Shown here one piece after another: positions 1 to 6,829 of a stretch of DNA of 21,694 nt. The notes under the pieces were generated by a model. The model was not told where the DNA came from and ran no database searches. It saw only the letters and a list, made by a program, of their open reading frames with translations. Source of the stretch: Planctomycetota bacterium (GTDB taxonomy: Bacteria; Planctomycetota; UBA8108; UBA1146). Position numbers and translations under genes: made by a program. Location of the stretch: positions 1 to 21,694 of the forward strand of contig JAYZBV010000023.1 in NCBI GenBank assembly GCA_036338595.1, in the 5' to 3' direction. The number at the start of each line of letters is the position of its first letter. Position 1 is the first letter of the stretch.

Positions 1-1
1 G

Positions 2-754
2 GAGAGAGTCCAGTCCAATGTTTCGGATGAAGAGGTGACGGCTTCCGTCACTTCGCCGCTGTTCATCCTGATGCTTTGCTGCATGGGTCTGACGGCCACC
101 CTGGAACTGGGCCCCGGCCGCTGGATGGGTGCGATCATGGAGCCGACCTTCCAGAGTGCGATGGGGGAAGGAGCCACGACTACAGGTGCAGGGATCCTGG
201 TGCTGGTTTACGGAAGTGGTTTGATGGCGGTGCTGCGTTACTTTGCTGGCGGGTTTGTCCATCGTTTCTCGCCGACGGGGTTGCTGTTTGGTTCCGCCGT
301 TCTGGGTGGGGCCGGGCTGTTTGCCATGACTTACGCCGAGAACTTCGGTTCCATCTTCCTGACCGCCACCGTCTTCTACGCTGGTGTCTGCTTCTTCTGG
401 CCCACGATGCTCGGTTTTGTATCGGAGCAAATGCCTAAAAGTGGTGCCATGGGACTGTGCCTGATGGGCGGAGCCGGCATGCTGATCGTCGGTTATGTGG
501 CGGCACCTGCCATCGGGGCGATCCAGGAGTACTACATCAACACCTTTGCTGCCGCGAACCCGGCAGCGGCGGCCGATGCGGCGACCGCTTACGCTGGAAA
601 GATGGCGTTCCGCTGGGTCGCCGCTCTGGCAATTCCGCTGGCGTTGGTCTTCTTCAACCTCAACAAGAAGTATGGTCATGTCGCGGCCGCCTCGGTCGGC
701 GGCAACCAGGAAACCACCGATAGCGAGTCGAACCAGATGCAGAGCAGTCACTGA
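2..754 (+). CDS. MFS transporter, C-terminal half (5' end outside window)
   Basis: Frame is open from base 2 (ERVQSNVSDEEVTASVTSPLF...). About 6 hydrophobic Gly/Ala-rich TM segments, with MFS-like GLMAVLRYFAGGFVHRFSP and GVCFFWPTMLGFVSEQMPKSGA. Followed by a terminator. Confidence 0.85.
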   Translation, partial: ERVQSNVSDEEVTASVTSPLFILMLCCMGLTATLELGPGRWMGAIMEPTFQSAMGEGATTTGAGILVLVYGSGLMAVLRYFAGGFVHRFSPTGLLFGSAVLGGAGLFAMTYAENFGSIFLTATVFYAGVCFFWPTMLGFVSEQMPKSGAMGLCLMGGAGMLIVGYVAAPAIGAIQEYYINTFAAANPAAAADAATAYAGKMAFRWVAALAIPLALVFFNLNKKYGHVAAASVGGNQETTDSESNQMQSSH

Positions 755-780
755 CCTGGATCCGGGAACGAGTGAGAGTG

Positions 781-812
781 ACGGCCCCGGGGTTTCCTCG
801 GGGCCGTTTTTT
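781..812 (+). terminator. Rho-independent terminator
   Basis: ACGGCCCCGGGG-TTT-CCTCGGGGCCGT hairpin followed by a T run, starting 27 nt after the MFS stop. Confidence 0.85.
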
Positions 813-881
813 CAGGGATCGGTGGCAATGATGGGAACGGCGCGTGGGCTGGTATCGTCACACCTGTGGAGGAAGCCTATC

Positions 882-1793
882 ATGAACCTATGGAGGCCCT
901 TGCTGATCGCCCTGTCCCTCTCCTCGAGTTTTCTGGTCGCCCAGGAGGCTTCTCCGGAGCAATTCAAGTTCTCGTTGATGGGAAAGCCACTGCCGGAGTT
1001 GAAACTCGAGGAGGGCGATCGCTGGTTCCACGCCACCAAGGATCTATCTCTCGCTGCATCGCCTCTCACTGTACTGGGGCGCGGCAAGCCGCTGCTGGTC
1101 GCCTATACGATCCCTGGCTGAGAGAGTTGTGCTCCGGCATTGCCCAGCCTGGTCAGGTGGCAACAAGAAGTGGGACCCGAGTTCTTATCGTTGATGACCG
1201 TCTTCAGTTACTCGTCCAAGCAGCCAGAACTGGTCCAGAAATACATCGAAAAGAACCAGGTGACTTTCCCCATCCTGTCGGAGCAGGCCATCAACCTGGA
1301 GCGTCACGGAGTGAAGGGTTTTCCAGCGGCCTTCTTCCTCGATACCACAGGCAAGGTGATCTGGCAGGGGATCCTGCCCCGTGCCTCCGAGTCGAATGAC
1401 TATCAGCGCCCCTGGCTCGACGGGCTGTTGCGTCAGGCAGGAGTCGAACCGCCGCCGATCCCCATCCGCTGGCTCGATTTTGACGAGGGAGTCGAGGAAT
1501 CGGAGTGGACCTCGGAGACTCGACTGATCTTCGTCGAGGCAAATAAATGTGATCAGTCGGCGCGGATCGAGCGCTTGCTGACACAAGATGAAGAGATCTC
1601 AGGCCTGCTCAACGATTTCATCCGGGTCAAGATCGATGGTCGAGCTCAGCTGGATATCGTCAAGAAGTACGGAGCCAGCTGGCCCGGAGATCTGCTCATC
1701 ATCGATGCCAGCGACCAGGTGCTCTATCGATTCTGGGACCACTACAAGGACATCCCTGCGCTCAAGAAGGCGCTTTACGACCATGCCAACTGA
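882..1793 (+). CDS. Exported selenoprotein: TlpA/ResA-like redoxin domain (UESC; TGA 1119-1121 read as Sec80) plus a second thioredoxin-like domain (CDQS)
   Basis: RBS GGAGGA 868-873 and ATG 882, then a signal peptide. Track ORFs 495..1121 and 1140..1793 are in the same frame, and read-through gives GKPLLVAYTIPG-U-ESCAPALPSLVRWQQE, the Trx CxxC position. Redoxin features follow (VTFPILSE, GVKGFPAAFFLDTTGKVIW). SECIS-like hairpin at 1140-1163. Confidence 0.85.
1140..1163 (+). promoter_or_regulatory. Putative bacterial SECIS element
   Basis: TTGCC(1140-44)/GGCAA(1159-63) lower stem, small bulge, GCCT/AGGT upper stem, apical loop GGTC (1151-54), with 29 nt between the UGA and the loop. Confidence 0.65.
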
Positions 1794-1808
1794 TACCGAT
1801 GGCGCCCG

Positions 1809-3395
1809 CTAGGGGCAGGCAGCGCTGGTGGTCGGGCAGTCGAGAGTGTTGCCGAGCGGGTCGGCTCCGCAGGTCGGGTAGGGAGCATCCGGAGGGCTAG
1901 AACCGGGCACAAAGAGTGCATTCAACCCGTAGACCATGTCTGCGATGTTGAAGCTGCCATCGTCGTTGATATCGCAACTCTCGATGCAATCGGGAGTCAC
2001 CCCTCCCGGCACGAACAGCGCATTGAGCCCGAACACGATGTCCGCAACATTGAAACTGCCGTCCTCGTTGCCATCACCGCGGACGAATCGAATCACCGAT
2101 CCAGACGAAGCGTCGTGATAGATCAGGGAATAGGGGGGGACCCCCGGATTCTCGCGATGCTGGTAGGTGATATCGAGGCCGAAGGATGTGTTGTTGAAGG
2201 CGGGATACAGCGTGCCTCGGATGGTCGGATAGATGTAGGCGTGCTGGCCGAGTGTGGTCGGTTGTAGCTGCTCGACGAACTCGAACTCGGGGGATGTGTC
2301 GATTTTTTGTGCCAGCACCAGTGCGCCTTCGTTGGCGAGGTCCCGGTACACGGCATGGACGGTGCCCGAAGTCTCGTCACAGCCGATATTGAAGATCTTG
2401 TAACTGGCGATGCCAGTGAACTGGTCGCTACTGGCGTCGAACAGAGATGTCTCGTCACTCCAGCCATTGATCTCATCCCACTTGCGGTAGCGGAAACTCC
2501 ACAGCGGCGAGGCGGAGGCGGCGTCGACGACATAGGCACAGTGGACACTGCCGAGCGCATCGCTCGAGAGCCACCCGAAGTAGTCATTGCTGCCGGCGGT
2601 ATCGCCGAGCACGACGGTATCCAGCTGCCAGCCGCTGGTCGGATCGTAGATGCGGTGCTCGTACAGTCCCGGTGGGATGTTGCGGTAGAAACTGCAATGG
2701 ATCCGTCCGCTGCCATCGACCGCCAGACGCGTGTTCTGGGCACTGGCCGAGGGACTGAAGGCCCCCATGTCGGTGAAGGAATCATCGGCAGCGTAGGGTT
2801 GATCACTTCGTAGCAGGTGCTCGACCCAGCTGGAGGGGTGGTGCCCCGAGATCCATACCGTGTTGTTGCCATCGATGACGATGTCCATCGCCGAGGTACG
2901 GGCATTGAGTGGGGCACCAGTGATGGTGCTGATCTCGATGATGTCGGACCGGTCGCCGGTGGCGGGATCGAAGCGGCGGTAAAACTGCCGGAAGTACGAC
3001 GGGTAGGTGTACCGACCCCATAGTACATGCAGGATTCCCTGGTCGTCGATGGCCACCGAGCACTGGCTGGCGGGATCCGGATCGAACAGACCACTGTCGT
3101 CGTCGTTGAGATTGGGCGGCTGGGTAGACCAGGTGGCGCCTCCATCGGAGGAACTCTGGACAATCAGCGTCATCTCGTCGGCGGCATTTCGTTCCAGCGA
3201 GACACAGTGAAGCACGCCATCGCCATCACGAACCATGTTGTGTGAGGTATTCGATCCCGACGATGCCATCTCGTCGCTGTGCAGGATCACCTGAGCCGAG
3301 GCTGTCACGCTGCAGCAGAGCAGCAGCATCGATGCAAGAATGTTTACGATGGCAGCCTTGGGTTGCTGATAATGGTCCATTCGCTCTCTTCTCAT
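1809..3395 (-). CDS. Secreted beta-propeller (BNR/Asp-box) protein with C-terminal dockerin-like domain
   Basis: Signal peptide ending ..SVTASAQ and Asp-box SSDGGATW. Repeated blade motifs: VAIDDQGILHVLW, IVIDGNNTVW, LAVDGSGRIHCSF, SSDALGSVHCAY, GCDETSGTVHAVY. Tail FVRGDGNEDG..DINDDG..CGADP..CP. The ATG overlaps the upstream stop (TGATG); the ATG near 3380 is an alternative start. Confidence 0.8.
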   Translation of the reverse strand: MRRERMDHYQQPKAAIVNILASMLLLCCSVTASAQVILHSDEMASSGSNTSHNMVRDGDGVLHCVSLERNAADEMTLIVQSSSDGGATWSTQPPNLNDDDSGLFDPDPASQCSVAIDDQGILHVLWGRYTYPSYFRQFYRRFDPATGDRSDIIEISTITGAPLNARTSAMDIVIDGNNTVWISGHHPSSWVEHLLRSDQPYAADDSFTDMGAFSPSASAQNTRLAVDGSGRIHCSFYRNIPPGLYEHRIYDPTSGWQLDTVVLGDTAGSNDYFGWLSSDALGSVHCAYVVDAASASPLWSFRYRKWDEINGWSDETSLFDASSDQFTGIASYKIFNIGCDETSGTVHAVYRDLANEGALVLAQKIDTSPEFEFVEQLQPTTLGQHAYIYPTIRGTLYPAFNNTSFGLDITYQHRENPGVPPYSLIYHDASSGSVIRFVRGDGNEDGSFNVADIVFGLNALFVPGGVTPDCIESCDINDDGSFNIADMVYGLNALFVPGSSPPDAPYPTCGADPLGNTLDCPTTSAACP

Positions 3396-5788
3396 CAGGG
3401 ACAGGCCAGATACAGCGCGCAGTCGAACGCGTCATCGGTCGGATCCTCGCCACAATCAAGCGCACCCGGAGGCGGCGGGTTCCCCGACCCGGGGACAAAG
3501 AGCGCATTGAGTAGAAACACCGCATCGGCAACATTGCTGCCGCCGTCGTCGTTGACATCTGAACTGTCGAAGCAATCCGGCTGTGGTGAACCGGGTACGA
3601 ACAAGGCATTGAGCAGGCGGATCGCATCGGCGATGTTGACGCCGCCATCGCCGTTGACATCGCCACGACGGAAGATCTCCGGTGGCGGTCCGCTACTGGC
3701 TCCCAGCGCCAGCAGGTAGAGTCCCATCAGGGTCTCCTGATCACCGCCGTAGCCGCCGAACTCCCACGATTGAGCGATCACCTCGCCAAATGGATCGTCG
3801 GTCTCGTAGTAGTTTCCGGTGCTGTATCCGATGCCTGACTGGAGCCAGATCGATCCGCTCGAGATGCCCGCAGCATCGGGTGTCAGGGGATCCGCAGAGA
3901 CCAACTGGTCGGTCCAGTCGAGTCCAACCTGGTCCTGATTGTAGACAGCGTCCATGCCGGTCAGATCGAGCACGGAGTAGGAACCGCCGATCATCTCCTG
4001 AAAGGAGTCATCGCCGTCCACGATGGGACTGGCGATGCCGTCAAAATCTGCGAGTGCGGTCTGGCCACAGAATCCCCACACATCGCCACCTTCGATGTAG
4101 ACATCGATGCCATTGGCGATCAGGTCAGCCAGTAACTGCCCCTCTGCCGCGCTCAGGCAGTGATAATCGGGGTAGGTGCCGGTGGCGACCCAGACTCGTT
4201 CGAGTGAAGGTGTATTGAGCAGGCAGTCGCAACTGAGGATATCCGGCATCACCGCCGGGGCGAGACCGTTGAGCACCAGCGCCTCGGCGATGGCGAACAC
4301 CGAATCGATCTGTCCACCGCTTCCTTCCGCTGCCCAGATCACATCGACGGCGTTGACCAGGGCCCAGATGCTGTCGCTGTCGATGACGCAGCAAGGTGTG
4401 ACGGCATCATCCCAGCATCTCAAACTGTACTGGTAGGATGCGGCTCCACCAGGCAGCACATCGGTCCACTGCTGATCACTTCCCGGCAAGGTTGCGGCGA
4501 GCGATCCATCGCGATACACGTCGATGCTGGTGTAGAGGTTTCCGTTGAGATCCCAGCTGAGGGTGACCTCGCTGCCGTTGGTCGCGGTAGCGAAATTCAG
4601 TGGCGGGGTCAGTTGACAGGGGGGACCGCTTCTGTGGTGGATGGACCACCCATCTAGATCGCCAAACTCTGCACCGGCGTAGTCGGCCACGGTCAGACGC
4701 CAGTCACCATCCATCGGAAATCCCGCAAGGTCTGCGAGCACACCCGGACCCTGAGGTTGCATGTGGATGTAGAGTGGGATCTGGTCCTCGTCGAAGGGGA
4801 TTCCCTGATCATCGAAGACGGTGTGTATGTGATTCACATCACTGGGAGATCCTGCGATGTACTGCTTCAGGGTCACCATGGTGGCGGACGGGTGCATGAT
4901 GTCGATCCCGACTTCACGTGTCCATGTGTGAGTTATGTGCACCTCGATATCGACATCCTGGATCAGGTAGTTGTCGGTGATGTTGATGACCGAGGTCACG
5001 CCAAGAGGAGCGCTGTTGGGAATCGGCAGCGGGGTGTCTGTACTGCTGTAGATGTCAAACCCGTGCGAGAGTTGCTCGGTGTCAGTGAAATCAAAGCAAG
5101 CTCCGTCGGAGACCACGATCATGTAATTGTAGAGTCCCTGGCAAATCCCGGCGTCGGTCCAGCTGGTCGCTGCTGGGTCAGCAACATCCTGGTAGTAGGC
5201 ACCACCTCGCCAGATCTGAAATGTATCGGTGTAGGGGCCATTGTTGGTGAACTCCAGCGTGATATCCGGTCCCACGGATGTGGCGACCACCGAGTCTGGG
5301 GCGGTGACCCCGCATGGCTCCAGTTCGACAACGCCGTAGGTGCTGACATTATTCGTGCCTTCGTTGATGTCGTTCCACAGAAATGGATCGGCTTCGAGGG
5401 TGTGGCCCATGTCCTCATTGTTTGAGTTATTGGGTTCACCGGCGTTCCAGTCGGTGTACACGACAGGTTCGCCGTTGGTCCACTCGAACACACCTTCCAC
5501 TGCGATGTCATTGAGACCCAACCACAGGCGACGACCGGTGCCACCAAACACACTGAAGTTCTCGTGGATGAATTCCATCTCCAGTTGATCGCCCACCGCA
5601 ACGAGGTTTCCGCCCCAACTGCTGGCAAGGTTCTCGGCGGTGGTCCAGTCACTCGCCTCGAGTAGCAGGTAGTGGTGATCGTCGAGGGGGCTGGAGATGC
5701 TGGTCAAGATGCCTGGATCCTGAGCCTGTATAGGAGTGGTCCAGAGCAATAGCAACAGCGACGGAAGAAGATATGGACGACGGGACAC
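3395..5788 (-). CDS. Secreted modular protein: C-type lectin + FN3/Ig-like + proprotein-convertase P domain + FN3-like + unknown domain + dockerin-like tail
   Basis: GTG 5788 follows RBS GAGGAGGT; signal peptide. CTL motifs LWLGLND..EGVFEWTNG..W..GEPNN and WND. P-domain motifs DVDIEVHITHTW and GDWRLTVAD..GDLDGWSI. Tail FRRGDVNGDG. Confidence 0.85.
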   Translation of the reverse strand: MSRRPYLLPSLLLLLWTTPIQAQDPGILTSISSPLDDHHYLLLEASDWTTAENLASSWGGNLVAVGDQLEMEFIHENFSVFGGTGRRLWLGLNDIAVEGVFEWTNGEPVVYTDWNAGEPNNSNNEDMGHTLEADPFLWNDINEGTNNVSTYGVVELEPCGVTAPDSVVATSVGPDITLEFTNNGPYTDTFQIWRGGAYYQDVADPAATSWTDAGICQGLYNYMIVVSDGACFDFTDTEQLSHGFDIYSSTDTPLPIPNSAPLGVTSVINITDNYLIQDVDIEVHITHTWTREVGIDIMHPSATMVTLKQYIAGSPSDVNHIHTVFDDQGIPFDEDQIPLYIHMQPQGPGVLADLAGFPMDGDWRLTVADYAGAEFGDLDGWSIHHRSGPPCQLTPPLNFATATNGSEVTLSWDLNGNLYTSIDVYRDGSLAATLPGSDQQWTDVLPGGAASYQYSLRCWDDAVTPCCVIDSDSIWALVNAVDVIWAAEGSGGQIDSVFAIAEALVLNGLAPAVMPDILSCDCLLNTPSLERVWVATGTYPDYHCLSAAEGQLLADLIANGIDVYIEGGDVWGFCGQTALADFDGIASPIVDGDDSFQEMIGGSYSVLDLTGMDAVYNQDQVGLDWTDQLVSADPLTPDAAGISSGSIWLQSGIGYSTGNYYETDDPFGEVIAQSWEFGGYGGDQETLMGLYLLALGASSGPPPEIFRRGDVNGDGGVNIADAIRLLNALFVPGSPQPDCFDSSDVNDDGGSNVADAVFLLNALFVPGSGNPPPPGALDCGEDPTDDAFDCALYLACP

Positions 5789-5906
5789 AACACCTCCTCG
5801 GTGATCTGAGATGGAAGGATCGAAGATCAGAGCCATCGACTATTTTCCCCTGCAAGTGCCAGGATACAAGTGTCGAGTCAGGCTACTGAGAGACCGAGAA
5901 GGGCAA

Positions 5907-6485
5907 TTATGCCTGTTTCTTGGTCTTTGGCCGGGGGAATCGTTTCAGTTGTATCGGTTCCCAGCGCGTGGACCCGTCTTGCGAACCCATCTGTACCTTG
6001 ATTTCAAGGTCGTCTCCATCGCGAGTGAAGGTCAAACCCCTGAAGAGGATGCCATCCTCGCTCATCGACTCGAAGGGGAAGCGCACCGCGCCCTCCTTCT
6101 CCTCCCAGGACACGAACTCCTTGGAGAAGTGTTTCACCTTGAGCGAAAAGCCATCGTCATCCTCACCGATCACAAGGATCTCGTAGAAGACCACCTCATC
6201 GCCCTGTACCAGTCGGAAAGTGCCCACCATCGTACCTGCCAGCGGATGACTCCAGATCTCCTCGCAGGTGCCACCGAAACCCTCACCTCTCCACTGACCC
6301 GCGAGCCAGGCGAAGTCTTCGATCTTGGTCTTGGCTGGTAATGGACTGGTGTCGGGATCAGCCTGCGGCAGTGTGTGGGTGCCGAGTACAAACAACAGCG
6401 GCAGAGTGAGAAGCAGAAGCTGCAGAAGAGGATTCTTCGCCCGGGTGCAGATGAGAGTGTGGATGCGATGTTTCAGCGAATTCAT
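5907..6485 (-). CDS. DUF6265-like exported beta-barrel protein
   Basis: ATG 6485 with GGAGG RBS and a hydrophobic N-terminus. FAWLAGQWRGEGFGG..EEIWSHP..GTMVGTFRLV...FYE...LKVKHF matches the DUF6265 pattern as I recall it. Confidence 0.75.
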   Translation of the reverse strand: MNSLKHRIHTLICTRAKNPLLQLLLLTLPLLFVLGTHTLPQADPDTSPLPAKTKIEDFAWLAGQWRGEGFGGTCEEIWSHPLAGTMVGTFRLVQGDEVVFYEILVIGEDDDGFSLKVKHFSKEFVSWEEKEGAVRFPFESMSEDGILFRGLTFTRDGDDLEIKVQMGSQDGSTRWEPIQLKRFPRPKTKKQA

Positions 6486-6774
6486 GAAACCTCCAGCGGC
6501 TAGAGAATCGAATCTGGACAAGCGATAGCACTGGATCATATCTGCATTGCGATGAACAGGACACTCGTGTCGAGAAGCCATCGCCTGGCATCGTTTCGAG
6601 CTTGCCGCAATCGACAGGCAAGGATGGACACGCAGGGAAGCGGCGAGGGCGAGTGATCTGGGCAACAGGCGCACCAGGAAGAGCCATCAAGAGCGGCAAT
6701 ACAGGGGAGAGCAGGGTGACACTGGAAAGCCGCTGCAGCGGCTCGACGTGCTCTCGGTCGGGTCAAGCCCCTCG

Positions 6775-6822
6775 ATGGCAGCGGCCCCTCTTCCAGGAAT
6801 CGGGAAGAGGGGCCGTCGCCAT
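6775..6822 (-). terminator. Strong 3' stem-loop (terminator or mRNA-stabilising hairpin)
   Basis: Perfect 13-bp stem CGGCCCCTCTTCC(6782-94)/GGAAGAGGGGCCG(6803-15), extended by ATGGC/GCCAT. It lies just after the stop at 6830 and has no U tract. Confidence 0.6.
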
Positions 6823-6829
6823 ACTCGCA

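Noticed and set aside
495..1121. Track ORFs 495..1121 and 1140..1793 as two genes or a pseudogene
   Set aside because: They share a frame, the single TGA sits at the catalytic Cys position, and a SECIS-like hairpin follows. The 495-881 extension overlaps the MFS gene and its terminator.
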